Positions 1 through 10,491 of a stretch of 64,000 bases of DNA are shown here, in pieces. The DNA comes from an uncultured Desulfospira sp. (GTDB lineage: Bacteria; Desulfobacterota; Desulfobacteria; Desulfobacterales; Desulfobacteraceae): the NCBI GenBank assembly GCA_963663165.1, contig OY760175.1, positions 3,520,001 to 3,584,000 on the forward strand, read 5' to 3'. The position numbers and the translations under genes were made by a program. The first letter of the stretch is position 1, and each line of letters opens with the position of its first letter. The notes under the pieces are model-generated. The model had not been told where the DNA came from, did not search any database, and saw nothing but the letters and a program-made list of their open reading frames with translations.

Positions 1-3000
1 GCATGGCCCGCACCGTGTAATCCCCGGATTCACCGGACAGGGGGGTAAATGCATAGGAAAACTGTCCGCTGCTGTCGGTGATGACGGTGTCGGTCCGTTC
101 AAACCCGCTAACGTCGATTTCCAGCCGCAGGGGCACAAAGGCCATGGGGCTTCCGGAATCTCTTTCAATGGCCTGCCCCTGGATGATAATATCCTGGGCC
201 CCGTCGGAAAGGGCAGGGTCAACCTGCCGCAGGGTACCATAATAAGCGGTATCGGCCAAAGAGACATCCTCAACGGCAGCGGGCCCGTCCATGCGCACCG
301 CCTGGCCGGTACCCAGGGCATAATGGACCTGGGCGATATCAAGCCTGAGAACGGCATTGTCCGGGCAGGTGTCGGGAACCGGCAATGCCACCTCATCACT
401 GGTAAAAGACTGCCCCGGGTCCAGGCGGACAATGGTCCGGCCATCGGTCAGGGTCACCACATCCGTCCCGGTGGCCTGGTGGAGGCAGGCCGTGGAAAGG
501 ACATTTTCTTCCGGGTCCAGCAGGGAAAAACAAACTTCATCGCTGGCCGCAGTCCCGGTGTCCCGGGCCGTGATCATCTCCATGGTTTCGTCACTGGTGT
601 TTTCCAGGGTAAAGTGGACCATGGCACTGCCGCCCCGGACCGGTTCCTCATTATAGATATTGAGCATGAAGGTGCCGTCCAGGACCTGGATACGGGAGTT
701 TTGGATAATGGAAACCCGCTCACCGGTATCGGGCTCAAATTCAATGGCAAGGGTCAGATCGGCAAGGTCGGAAAGATCCTCATATCCGCCCACGGTGACG
801 GGAACGACAATTGAAGCACCGGCCGGAATGGAAACATCCGTTGAAATATGCTCCCGGCCCCCCAGGGCCACCTTGAGCCGGACCGGTTCCACCGCGGTGC
901 TTGACAGGTTGGTGACGGTATATTCAAGGCGGTTCATCAGGCCCCTGAAAACTTGAGAATCCCCATCCAGGGCTGCCTCTATCACGGGCAGAAAAATGGT
1001 TCTGGCAAGGCTCTCCTCCCCATTGTGATCCACAGCCAGGACACGGTACAGGCGCTCATCGCCCGTATAGCCACTGTCGGTATAGGTGGTGGCGGCCATC
1101 AGGCCGTCATTGAGTTTCACCTCCCCTGAATCAAGGGTCACATAAAGGTTATATCCTTCAATGGTGCTGCCGTTGTGGGTCCATGACAGCACGGGAAAAG
1201 AATCGTCTTCCAGAATCACAGCCGGATCACTGATGGGAAGCAGATCAAAATTTAAATAAACCGCATCGCACGGCTCAGACTCGTTTCCGGCCTCGTCCAC
1301 GGCCGTTACCAGATAATAATGGGCCTCCTGGGAAGGCGTTGTATCAATGGCCGTCAGGGCAGAGATGCCGGTCAGAACGGGATCAAGGCCAGATACCGGC
1401 AAAAGCCCTGGTTCATCACACCGGTAAAGGCTGTAGGTGATCTCCTCTGTGCCGGCCGGGGCCTGCCAGGCCGCCTCGATACCCTGGGAGATGAGTTCCA
1501 GGGAGAGATCTTTTGGCGGTTGAGGCGGCGTGGCATCCGATGAGGCGGAAACCTGCGAACTCAAACCGCTTTGGGATGAATCCCCATTTTCTTCCCGGAC
1601 TGAGGCCACCGCAAAGGTGTAAAGGCCCTCTGCCGCCGGGGCGTCGGTAAAGCCGGTCTCCAGGTCACAGTCGGCATAAAAGGTTAACTGGGTTTCGTCG
1701 GGTGCCTGGCGGTAGAGGACATAGCCGGCCGCATCCTGGACCGAATTCCAGGACAGCCGGATCTCTCCGCCGGGAAGGGATGTTGCCCCAAGGCCGGCGG
1801 GAGCGGACAATGGGGGCAGATCGCCCTGGTAGACCTGGAAGGCGTTGTCACAATCGATTTCATCACTCACATTGCCCAGGTCATCATTGCCGCTAAAGGT
1901 GAATGTCAGGGTTTCGGCTTCAGCAAGGCCCGCATCTGCCGGCAATGAAAACTGGGCCTGATAAGTCTGGGCATGGCCGGCCCGGGTCGCCACAAGGGTC
2001 AGGGTGTCAATGGACACCAGCTCCCTTAGTGTTCCCGATAGAAGATAAGACAATGCGGGGACGGTTCCGTCTTCAAGGGCCTCATCAAGCCCCAGGGTCA
2101 CCTGCACCAGGACCGGTTCTTCTTCATCATTCTTTATGGGCCGGCCGGGTTCAACAATAAGTTCAATGACCCGGGGCCCCTGGGTGTCTATGGTGATCTG
2201 ATCCCCGGAACCAATGCCGGTCCCCCGGTTTCCGGCCCCATCCCGGGCGGAAAAAATGGCGTAAGCAGTTCCGTCGGGCGTCTGGTCTTCAATGGTAAAG
2301 AATCCGGTATATTCGGTGTCACCGGTCTGGGCCAGAGACACCGTCAGGGGCACGCCCCCCACTGAATTGATGCTCAAAAACGGTGTGGTCCCAAGGGTCT
2401 CGCTGACGGAGAGAACCACAGAGACCTTCCCCGGGGCCATACGCCCCGTGTCCGGATCAAATGCGCCGGACGGGGTGTAATCAATGGACAGGGCCTCAGG
2501 GGCCTCCCGGTCGCTGATCCCGGCCACCTGGTCCGAGGCAGGCCCCTGGCTGCCCGCATAGCTGACCGCTGTGATGCGGTAATAATAGGTGCCGTCCTCT
2601 GCCGGCAGATCCTCATAGGTCGTGCCGGTGACCAGCTGGGCATTGACCTGTTCTGCGCCGGCCGTATCCTCAAAGGGAGCCGTGGACCGGAAGATATAAT
2701 ACCCCTCTATAGACCCTTGCTGGGGCCGGGTCCAGGTCAGGCTGACGGCCCCGGCGGCCTTGGATTGGGCCGTGGGGTTGGTCGGGCTTTCGGGAATGCT
2801 GGTGTCCAGGGTGACCAGAACCGCATCGCATAAGGGCCCCTGCCCGGTGCGGTTGCGGGCCGCTGCCTGGATCCGGTTTTCCCCCTGGACCGTCAAATCG
2901 GCCGTAAAACTGAAGCCGCCCTGAGTGTCAACACCCTGCCATGATCCGGTCTGTTCATCGTTGATATATAGAATCACCTCGCTCCCTTCCGGGGCCGATC

Positions 3001-6000
3001 CTTTAACCGTAACCTGCCGGGTATTGGCCAGGGTTCCTGAAACCGGCTGGTCAATTACCGGGGCCACCGGGGCTGCCAGGGCCACCGTAAAGTCCTGGGA
3101 GACCGTGGTCGAATTCCCTAAAGTATCATAGACCGTGACGGTCAGAGTATGAGAGCCGTCGGTGAGTGAGGCGGGATCAATCCCCCATTGAACCACCGAT
3201 GTGGTGCTGTATGCGGTCCCGAGGACCTCGCCGTCAACGGCAAATTCCACCCGGCTGACACCGGCGGGATCTGACACCGTTACTTCGATGGTCCCCTCCG
3301 TGGTCAGGGTCTGGCCGTTTTCCATAACCGCGCCGTCAAGATTGAGACTTCCCATCTCAGGACCGGCGGTGTCGGCCAGGGGGGTTCCCGATACCGATGT
3401 CACGGTTTTGCTTTCACCGCCGGACAGATTAACGGCGGTCACAGCAAAGTAATAGGGCGTGCCGTCGGAAAGTCCGGAAATACCGGCATAGGTCTCTGTA
3501 ACCGTTGCAACGGGAGTTAAATCGGCCACACTGGAAAAGCTGCTCTCCTGGACATAGACATGGTATTGGGCCACATAAGCGGCGGGCAGGGCATCATCCC
3601 ATGCCAGGGTGACATACCCGCTGCAGGGGGTCACCGTATGAACTCCTGGGTTTTCCAGCAGGGTGTAGCCGGTCATGGAGATCCCGGTGCTTTCATTTCC
3701 CAAAGGGCTGTTGTCAACGCTTGTGATGGTAAAATTACAGGCAGCGGCCCTGTCCAGCCCTGTCTTTTCAAACTGGGTATCCCCCGGTGGAATCAGTTCG
3801 GATTCAGGCTGGCCATCAATGGAGATCCGGTAACCGGAAAGCTCCCCATAGGGATCTGAAACCGGCTCCCAGGTGAACACCAGGCGATCTTCATAAGATT
3901 CAACCGATAACTGGGTGATATCCGCCAACGGGGTGTTATCGGCCAGGAGAAAGATTTCCGCCGGGGACAGGGAACGGTTATAAATCCGGACCTCATCTAA
4001 GTCTCCTGAAAAAAAGGTATCCTGCCCGGACCGTGCCCCAACCATCAACTTAAACTGTTCCTGGATGAGCCGGCTTCCGGCTGCCTCAAGATGGATGGAA
4101 GACAGCTGGCCGTCCATATAGATCAGGCTGGCCTGGCCCTGAAGGGTCACCGCCACATGATGCCATGCCTGGTCATTGATCAGGGCATCGGCACCGCCTG
4201 AGTGGTGGTGGAAATAGCCGTCCTGATCCCCGTTGCCCATGGCAAACGAAACCTGGCCGCCGGTATCGGACGAATCCAGCTCCAGTAAAAACTGATGGTC
4301 AACAGCACTGCCGGCGTCCCCCGTCCCCAGGGCAAGAAGAGAGCCTGTCCGGCTGATGTCGTCCCGCCGGACCCATGCGGCCAGGGTCAGGTCCCGGGGA
4401 AAGGACGCCCCCACCAGACTCTCCGGTCCAACGGCCGCCCCGTCACCGTCAAAGGCATAGGCCTCGTCGCTTTGGCCATTCACATTGGCCGTCAGCTGGG
4501 CCTGGACAACGGCGGCATGAACCCCATTGCCGCTTTCATCATCGGCATTGCCGTGAAAGGGATAGTACACCGCAAGGCCTGACCCGATATCCGGTGCATC
4601 CCAGTTATAAAGGGTTTGAACATCATCAAGCTCCAGGACGCGGTTGTAGACCCTTAATTCATCTATGGCCCCGTCATAACGCGGCGAGGAATCATTATAC
4701 TGATCCCGCCCCAGGGCAAGCCCCGGTGCCAGATCCGGTGAGGCCGAAAGCGTGTCCATCATGGCGGTCCGGGTGCTGATCAGGGCGCCGTCCACATAGA
4801 GTTTCCAGACATTGGCCCGGTTGTCCCCGGTCAGCACCACATGGTGCCAGAGACCGTCATTTACAATCGGGGTCTCTTCAAACGCAATGGTGTTCACCCC
4901 GTCGAAGATGCCGGCATAAAGGCCATTGGGCGCCAGGGCATCCGGGGCATTGACCCTGATCCTTGCATAATAGGGATAATCGCCCTCGCCCCTGGAATCG
5001 TAAACCCATCCCTCGCCACCCGTTTGGACATCAGGTTTGACCCAGAGGCTGACGGCATACTGGGCATCGCCGACATCCAGGCTTGAGGCATAGGGGATTT
5101 CAAGGGAATCCGCCTGACCGTCAAAGGCCAGGGCCGTGTTCCTTGACCCGAACCGGTCATCTTCCCAATCCATCTGGCCGGACATGGCGGCGTCATTGCC
5201 GTATCCGCTGTGATCGGCGGCATCATTGTCCAGGGGCAGATAGAGCACCAGCCCGCTGTTGATGCCGGCATCCGGGATCTGGGCGGTAACATCCACCCAT
5301 AACGTCTCACTCTGGTTGCCGGCCCTGTCCGTAAGAAAGACTTCAAAAGAGTTGAGCCCTGAAACCAGGTCCAGGAGAACCACCCAGCCGCCGGACCCGG
5401 TTTCCGCCAAAGTTTCCCCGTTAATCCGGACACTGGTATCGTCTTCACGGGTGCCGGTCAGGGTGATGGTCAGGGTATCGGACAGGTTTCCGGCCGGCCG
5501 GACCTGGAGCACGCCGCTGACGGTTTCTCCCCCGGTGATGGTCAGGTTTCCGGGCGCCACTTGATCCAGGGTGAAGGAAAAGGTATGGGCCCCGCTGTTG
5601 CCCTCAACATCAACGGCCAGAAAAGAGACGGTAATCAGGCCGTCGGTGAGCGCCTGGTCCGGAACAAAGGTAAACTTATCATTGGATTCTAAAACAGTGC
5701 CGGCCACGGCCCCTGAGTTGGCATCAAGGACCGTGAAGCTTTGAATAACCGCGGTATCGTCCACCTTTGTATGGGCGTCCACAAGGGTGATCACAATCTG
5801 GTCTGCCGACTGGACAAAGTCGCCGTCACCGGGGGATGATCCCGTGAACTCGGGCGGGTCCGGATCAATGATGTCTTCCAGCGAAACAGTGATGGTGTTG
5901 TTGTCTTCCTCAGACTCAACCACACTGTCCTGGCTGTCGGCCGTCACCTCAAGGGTATGCTCGCCCGCCTGGGCTGTCCAGGTCGCACTCACCTCAACGG

Positions 6001-9000
6001 ACTGGCCCGCCGGGATGATCCGGTCATATTCGACGGCGGCGATCACGGCATTGTCCACGGTGAACTCAACGGTAAAGGCGTCCACGGCAGGACCTGCCCC
6101 ATTATTGGATATGGTGGCGGGAAAAGAGACCATGTCTTTGGGCACCACACCGGTTTGGGGCTCCTGGGAAACAGCTGAAACCGTCAGGTCCGGCGGGTCC
6201 CCCAGGGTGGTGAAGGTCCAGACCGGTCCCTGGGTTTGGGCTCCGGCATCGTCCCGGGCCGTCACTTTCCAATAATAGGTTGCCCCTGCTTCCAGATTGG
6301 ACAGGGATTGTTCGGCCGTTGAAAGCCCCTGACCATTCAATGTTAATGCGTCGGGGTCCGTCCCAAAGTAAACATCATACGTCACGGTGTCCCAGGGATT
6401 GGGATCATTTCCGGTCCAGGACAATTGAACATCTATGGCCTGGCCGTCCTGGGATGCCGGAACCCTGACGGCATTATGGGCCGGTGTGGGATTGTTGGGA
6501 ACAAAGGGGGGATCATTTTCCGCCGGCAGATCAACACAGTCTGCATGGCTGGTGAGCCAGGGATCAACATCCACATTGCCCAGGGCCTGGTCTCCTGACT
6601 GGTTGGGGCCGCCTGTATCGTTCCACCAGTTGTTTTCAGCCGTTACCGAGGCATTAGGTCCGGTGTTAAGTCCCCAATTTTTGTTTTCAATAAAGTGGTT
6701 GCTGCTGATGACGGGGTGATAGCTGGTTGTATTGACATAGACGCCATAAACGTTTTCCTTGATATTGTTGCAGTAAAAGTTTGAACTGTCACCGTAGCCT
6801 GTAAATAAAACCCCGTAGGTGGAACTGGCCCTGAAAGTATTATACCGGAGGGTGGGGCCGGCATCATAAAGCCAGATATTGGCCGTGTTGCTGTAACCGC
6901 CGTATTCCACCAGGCAGTGTTCCATGATGCTGTTATCGTTATCTGTGGCACTGTTAAAATAGATCCCCCGCCAGTCCCCCGGAGCCGGGGAATCGGCATT
7001 GGAGGTAAACACAATGGGCTCTGATTCCGTTCCCCGGGCCACCAGGGCGGACGTTCCCCCGTAAGACCCAGTGATATACAGTCCTGTACCGGGTTCAAAC
7101 TTTACCGTCACTCCGGGGTCAATGGTCAGGATGGCCAGTGAACCGGACGGCTTTAACTGGGTTGTGTCCAGGATCACCACCTCAGGCAGGGCATTACTCC
7201 AGGTGCGGTTCCCCAGGATATTCTGCCCCACCAGCTCAATACGGCGTAATCCCGACCCCGAATAGGTATTGCCGGAAAAGTCCGTGCCCGCCCCCACCCG
7301 CATGGCCGGGCTCTGGGCTCCCCAGTCCGAAAGGGTGTTGTTGGAGGCGACAGCATAGGTGTACTCGCTGTCCAGGTAGATACAATAAGTGCCGCAGCCG
7401 CTGATGGTGTTGCCGTTGTCGGCTCCGATCACGGGATTGCCGCCGCCGGTACCATAGATGCCGGCATGGCCGCAGTCACTGATCTGACTGCCTTTGATCA
7501 CCGGTGACCCGCTGTTTTGAAAGTAGATGCCGTGGCCGGCGCTGCCGGCAATAGTACAGCCGGTCACCTGGGGGGCGGAGTAATAATCCAGATAAAGACC
7601 GTTTGAACTGTTTTCTTCAATCCGGCAGTTTTCTATGGCCGATGAATTTTTATACCCCCTGAATCCGTTCCCACTGCTGTACCGGATGGTGCAGTTATGG
7701 ATGGCGGGGCTGGAATTACTGGCATAAACATTGGCATTGTTGGTGAGCCCTGCGTATTCCACCACACAGTATGCCAGAAGACATGCATCGTCATCTGCGG
7801 TATCGGCAAAATAAATCCCCAGCCAGTCCCCGGGGGCCGGGCAATCGGTATTGGAGGTAAATACAATGGGCTCTGATTCCGTGCCCTGGGCCACCAGGGC
7901 GGACGTTCCCCCGTAAGACCCGCTGATATACAGCCCCGCGCCCGGATCAAACTTTACCGTTACCCCGGCTTCAATGGTCAGGGTAGCCGTTGTCCCGGAC
8001 GGTTTTAACTGGATTGTGTCCAGGACCACCACCTCGGGCAGGGCATTGCTCCAGGTGCGGTTCCCCAGGATATTCTGCCCCACCAGCTCAATACGGCGTA
8101 ATCCCGACCCCGAATAGGTATTGCCGGAAAAGTCCGTGCCCGCCCCCACCCGCATGGCCGGGCTCTGGGCTCCCCAGTCCGAAAGGGTGTTGTTGGAGGC
8201 GACAGCATAGGTGTACTCGCTGTCCAGGTAGATACAATAAGTGCCGCAGCCGCTGATGGTGTTGCCGTTGTCGGCTCCGATCACGGGATTGCCGCCGCCG
8301 GTACCATAGATGCCGGCATGGCCGCAGTCACTGATCTGACTGCCTTTGATCACCGGTGACCCGCTGTTTTGAAAGTAGATGCCGTGGCCGGCGCTGCCGG
8401 CAATAGTACAGCCGGTCACCTGGGGGGCGGAGTAATAATCCAGATAAAGACCGTTTGAACTGTTTTCTTCAATCCGGCAGTTTTCTATGGCCGATGAATT
8501 TTTATACCCCCTGAATCCGTTCCCACTGCTGTACCGGATGGTGCAGTTATGGATGGCGGGGCTGGAATTACTGGCATAAACATTGGCATTGTTGGTGAGC
8601 CCTGCGTATTCCACCACACAGTATGCCAGAAGACATGCATCGTCATCTGCGGTATCGGCAAAATAAATCCCCAGCCAGTCCCCCGGGGCCGGGCAATCGG
8701 TATTGGAGGTAAATACAATGGGCTCTGATTCCGTGCCCTGGGCCACCAGGGCGGACGTTCCCCCGTAAGACCCGCTGATATACAGCCCCGCGCCCGGATC
8801 AAACTTTACCGTTACCCCGGCTTCAATGGTCAGGGTAGCCGTTGTCCCGGACGGTTTTAACTGGATTGTGTCCAGGACCACCACCTCGGGCAGGGCATTG
8901 CTCCAGGTACGGGTCCCCTGAATATTCTGCCCCACCAGTTCGACCCGGCGAAGGCCCGTACCGGAACAGGTATTGCCGGAAAAATCCGTGGCCGCCCCCA

Positions 9001-9949
9001 CCCGCATGGCCGGGCTTTGGGTCCCCCAGTCCGAAAGAATGTTGTTGGAGGCGACGGCATAGGTGTACTCGCTGTCCAGGTAAATACAATAAGTGCCGCA
9101 ACCGCTGATGGTGTTGCCGTTGTCGGCTCCGATCACGGGGGTGCCGCCGCCGGTACCATAGATGCCGGCATGGCCGCAGTCACTGATCTGATTGCCCTTG
9201 ATCACCGGTGACCCGCTGTTTTGAAAGTAGATGCCGTGTCCGGCGTTGCCGGTAATGGTACAGCCGGTCACCTGGGGGGCGGAATAATAATCCAGATAAA
9301 GACCGTTTGATCTGTTTTCGTCAATCCGGCAGTTTTCTATGGCCGATGAATTTTTGTACCCCCTGAACCCGCTTCCACTGCTGTACCGAAGGGTGCAGTT
9401 ACGGATGGCGGGGCTGGATTCATAGGCATAAATATTGGCACCGTTGGTAAGTCCTGCGTATTCCACCACGCAGTGTTCCAGAATGCTTGCGGTGTCATCG
9501 GCATAATAGCCAAAATAAATCCCCTTCCAGTCCCCCGGAGCCGGGGAGCCGGCATTGGAAGTAAACACAATAGGCTCTGATTCCGTGCCCTGGGCCACCA
9601 GGGCCGGGACTCTTCCTGAGGACCCGCTGATGTAAAGCCCTGTACCCTGCTCAAACGTTATGGTCACTCCGGCTTCAATGGTCAGGGTGGCCGTTGTCCC
9701 GGACGGCCGAAGGGTGACATCGGATGTAACGATATAAGGGCTACCCGAAAGATCCCAGGTGGTGTCCGCTGTGATGTACCCGCCGACACTGGTCTCGGCC
9801 CGGCCGCTGCCGGCAATGGCGATCAGGAAGGTCCAGAAGACCAGAACATATAGGACCAATGGTTTAAAATTGAATTTACAGAAACTTTCTTTGGATTTAC
9901 CCGATTCAAGCCCAAGAATAACGTCACACTCATCTGTTGCCGGTGCCAT
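1..9949 (-). CDS. Giant secreted multidomain surface protein, 5' part (>3300 aa, runs off the left edge): signal peptide, ~3.4x parallel beta-helix repeats, FN3, CARDB, Ig-like, 2x LamG-like, FN3/Ig core paralogous to 36066..47258
   Basis: ATG at 9949 with AGGAG 6 nt upstream. Manual translation gives MAPATDECDV...LVLYVLVFWTFLIAIAGSGRA|ETSVGGYITADTTWDLSGSPY. Spot checks near 4700, 2050 and 1-60 are all in the same frame (...DGAIDELRVYNRVL..., ...FQVYQGDLPPL..., ...FSYAFTPLSGESGDYTVRAM). It is absent from the ORF track, consistent with no stop inside the window. Confidence 0.9.
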   Translation of the reverse strand, partial: MAPATDECDVILGLESGKSKESFCKFNFKPLVLYVLVFWTFLIAIAGSGRAETSVGGYITADTTWDLSGSPYIVTSDVTLRPSGTTATLTIEAGVTITFEQGTGLYISGSSGRVPALVAQGTESEPIVFTSNAGSPAPGDWKGIYFGYYADDTASILEHCVVEYAGLTNGANIYAYESSPAIRNCTLRYSSGSGFRGYKNSSAIENCRIDENRSNGLYLDYYSAPQVTGCTITGNAGHGIYFQNSGSPVIKGNQISDCGHAGIYGTGGGTPVIGADNGNTISGCGTYCIYLDSEYTYAVASNNILSDWGTQSPAMRVGAATDFSGNTCSGTGLRRVELVGQNIQGTRTWSNALPEVVVLDTIQLKPSGTTATLTIEAGVTVKFDPGAGLYISGSYGGTSALVAQGTESEPIVFTSNTDCPAPGDWLGIYFADTADDDACLLAYCVVEYAGLTNNANVYASNSSPAIHNCTIRYSSGNGFRGYKNSSAIENCRIEENSSNGLYLDYYSAPQVTGCTIAGSAGHGIYFQNSGSPVIKGSQISDCGHAGIYGTGGGNPVIGADNGNTISGCGTYCIYLDSEYTYAVASNNTLSDWGAQSPAMRVGAGTDFSGNTYSGSGLRRIELVGQNILGNRTWSNALPEVVVLDTIQLKPSGTTATLTIEAGVTVKFDPGAGLYISGSYGGTSALVAQGTESEPIVFTSNTDCPAPGDWLGIYFADTADDDACLLAYCVVEYAGLTNNANVYASNSSPAIHNCTIRYSSGNGFRGYKNSSAIENCRIEENSSNGLYLDYYSAPQVTGCTIAGSAGHGIYFQNSGSPVIKGSQISDCGHAGIYGTGGGNPVIGADNGNTISGCGTYCIYLDSEYTYAVASNNTLSDWGAQSPAMRVGAGTDFSGNTYSGSGLRRIELVGQNILGNRTWSNALPEVVILDTTQLKPSGSLAILTIDPGVTVKFEPGTGLYITGSYGGTSALVARGTESEPIVFTSNADSPAPGDWRGIYFNSATDNDNSIMEHCLVEYGGYSNTANIWLYDAGPTLRYNTFRASSTYGVLFTGYGDSSNFYCNNIKENVYGVYVNTTSYHPVISSNHFIENKNWGLNTGPNASVTAENNWWNDTGGPNQSGDQALGNVDVDPWLTSHADCVDLPAENDPPFVPNNPTPAHNAVRVPASQDGQAIDVQLSWTGNDPNPWDTVTYDVYFGTDPDALTLNGQGLSTAEQSLSNLEAGATYYWKVTARDDAGAQTQGPVWTFTTLGDPPDLTVSAVSQEPQTGVVPKDMVSFPATISNNGAGPAVDAFTVEFTVDNAVIAAVEYDRIIPAGQSVEVSATWTAQAGEHTLEVTADSQDSVVESEEDNNTITVSLEDIIDPDPPEFTGSSPGDGDFVQSADQIVITLVDAHTKVDDTAVIQSFTVLDANSGAVAGTVLESNDKFTFVPDQALTDGLITVSFLAVDVEGNSGAHTFSFTLDQVAPGNLTITGGETVSGVLQVRPAGNLSDTLTITLTGTREDDTSVRINGETLAETGSGGWVVLLDLVSGLNSFEVFLTDRAGNQSETLWVDVTAQIPDAGINSGLVLYLPLDNDAADHSGYGNDAAMSGQMDWEDDRFGSRNTALAFDGQADSLEIPYASSLDVGDAQYAVSLWVKPDVQTGGEGWVYDSRGEGDYPYYARIRVNAPDALAPNGLYAGIFDGVNTIAFEETPIVNDGLWHHVVLTGDNRANVWKLYVDGALISTRTAMMDTLSASPDLAPGLALGRDQYNDSSPRYDGAIDELRVYNRVLELDDVQTLYNWDAPDIGSGLAVYYPFHGNADDESGNGVHAAVVQAQLTANVNGQSDEAYAFDGDGAAVGPESLVGASFPRDLTLAAWVRRDDISRTGSLLALGTGDAGSAVDHQFLLELDSSDTGGQVSFAMGNGDQDGYFHHHSGGADALINDQAWHHVAVTLQGQASLIYMDGQLSSIHLEAAGSRLIQEQFKLMVGARSGQDTFFSGDLDEVRIYNRSLSPAEIFLLADNTPLADITQLSVESYEDRLVFTWEPVSDPYGELSGYRISIDGQPESELIPPGDTQFEKTGLDRAAACNFTITSVDNSPLGNESTGISMTGYTLLENPGVHTVTPCSGYVTLAWDDALPAAYVAQYHVYVQESSFSSVADLTPVATVTETYAGISGLSDGTPYYFAVTAVNLSGGESKTVTSVSGTPLADTAGPEMGSLNLDGAVMENGQTLTTEGTIEVTVSDPAGVSRVEFAVDGEVLGTAYSTTSVVQWGIDPASLTDGSHTLTVTVYDTLGNSTTVSQDFTVALAAPVAPVIDQPVSGTLANTRQVTVKGSAPEGSEVILYINDEQTGSWQGVDTQGGFSFTADLTVQGENRIQAAARNRTGQGPLCDAVLVTLDTSIPESPTNPTAQSKAAGAVSLTWTRPQQGSIEGYYIFRSTAPFEDTAGAEQVNAQLVTGTTYEDLPAEDGTYYYRITAVSYAGSQGPASDQVAGISDREAPEALSIDYTPSGAFDPDTGRMAPGKVSVVLSVSETLGTTPFLSINSVGGVPLTVSLAQTGDTEYTGFFTIEDQTPDGTAYAIFSARDGAGNRGTGIGSGDQITIDTQGPRVIELIVEPGRPIKNDEEEPVLVQVTLGLDEALEDGTVPALSYLLSGTLRELVSIDTLTLVATRAGHAQTYQAQFSLPADAGLAEAETLTFTFSGNDDLGNVSDEIDCDNAFQVYQGDLPPLSAPAGLGATSLPGGEIRLSWNSVQDAAGYVLYRQAPDETQLTFYADCDLETGFTDAPAAEGLYTFAVASVREENGDSSQSGLSSQVSASSDATPPQPPKDLSLELISQGIEAAWQAPAGTEEITYSLYRCDEPGLLPVSGLDPVLTGISALTAIDTTPSQEAHYYLVTAVDEAGNESEPCDAVYLNFDLLPISDPAVILEDDSFPVLSWTHNGSTIEGYNLYVTLDSGEVKLNDGLMAATTYTDSGYTGDERLYRVLAVDHNGEESLARTIFLPVIEAALDGDSQVFRGLMNRLEYTVTNLSSTAVEPVRLKVALGGREHISTDVSIPAGASIVVPVTVGGYEDLSDLADLTLAIEFEPDTGERVSIIQNSRIQVLDGTFMLNIYNEEPVRGGSAMVHFTLENTSDETMEMITARDTGTAASDEVCFSLLDPEENVLSTACLHQATGTDVVTLTDGRTIVRLDPGQSFTSDEVALPVPDTCPDNAVLRLDIAQVHYALGTGQAVRMDGPAAVEDVSLADTAYYGTLRQVDPALSDGAQDIIIQGQAIERDSGSPMAFVPLRLEIDVSGFERTDTVITDSSGQFSYAFTPLSGESGDYTVRAM
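3960..5265 (-). other. Two tandem LamG/concanavalin-A-like domains within the giant ORF
   Basis: First copy GLVLYLPLDNDAADHSGYGN...WHHVVLT...LYVDG...DELRVYNR; second copy GLAVYYPFHGNADDESGNG...WHHVAVT...IYMDG...DEVRIYNRSL. Confidence 0.75.
6830..9710. repeat. Intragenic tandem repeat, 852-bp (284-aa) unit, 3 full copies plus a partial copy
   Basis: The anchor GGACGG recurs at 7145, 7997, 8849 and 9701. Shadow ORFs recur at 852-bp spacing (7138/7990/8842; 7633/8485/9337). The two middle units are nearly identical. Confidence 0.95.
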
Positions 9950-10093
9950 GCTCGCTCCTGTCTCTTATCTGCCCGGAACCGTTCAATTTTCCTTGCCAGC
10001 AAACTATCATACGCGCTGGGCCACAGGATCCGACAGCGTTCAGTACAATTTTTCAGCGGTTGTGCGATATTTACCGTATCCTTATCGAAACAT

Positions 10094-10110
10094 TGCAATT
10101 TTTGATCCAA
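10094..10110 (-). promoter_or_regulatory. Candidate sigma54 promoter (TTGGATCAAAAATTGCA) for the left giant gene
   Basis: GG-N10-GC spacing with TTGG and TTGCA. An IHF-like TAACAAGATGTTA lies at 10137-10149 in AT-rich upstream DNA. Confidence 0.45.
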
Positions 10111-10365
10111 GCAAAAACAAAATCGCTCGATCGCGTTAACATCTTGTTATCACATAAAAACATCATGCATTGACATTATTTGGATTTAATTAGGCGAGGA
10201 GAAAATATGAAATAAATGTGTTATTGCTATGAAAAAAAATACATAGAATTAACGAGCGGTTGGGTAAAAAATTACCGTCCCCGAATTAAACTTTGTGCCT
10301 TTGTATCGTGTTTTTGAGCAGGCCGGCAGAGCCGTAACCTGAATAGATGATCCTCACGGTCAATT

Positions 10366-10465
10366 GAATAAAAAAAGGAAACCGGAGGAAGGGAGACGGG
10401 AGACCGGATCGCGCATCTTTAGATGTTTCGCATTCCGGTCTGCGGTCTCCTTTCCTCCGGTCTCC
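10366..10465 (-). terminator. Long hairpin (32-bp imperfect arms) followed by a T-tract; likely terminator of the che operon
   Basis: Arms 10377-10408 and 10434-10465 match at 28/32. TTTTTTTATT follows on the minus strand, just downstream of the cheD stop. Confidence 0.6.
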
Positions 10466-10491
10466 CTACGTTAACTGTATTTAGAAACCCT

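Noticed and set aside
323..9654. Many short ORFs on both strands in the track
   Set aside because: They are shadows of the single giant minus-strand ORF, and their 852-bp periodicity only reflects the tandem repeat.
6830..9710. Possible CRISPR array or DGR template/variable repeat pair
   Set aside because: The unit is 852 bp and in-frame coding, with no spacers. The differences I saw are not adenine-specific, and no intact RT is nearby.
9980..10000. TGGCAAGGAAAATTGA (minus strand) as a sigma54 site
   Set aside because: The spacing is off by one and there is no GC at -12.
9950..10490. c-di-GMP riboswitch upstream of the giant gene
   Set aside because: No GCAAA...GAAA...GACGCAAA (GEMM) pattern was found by eye; an Rfam scan would settle it.
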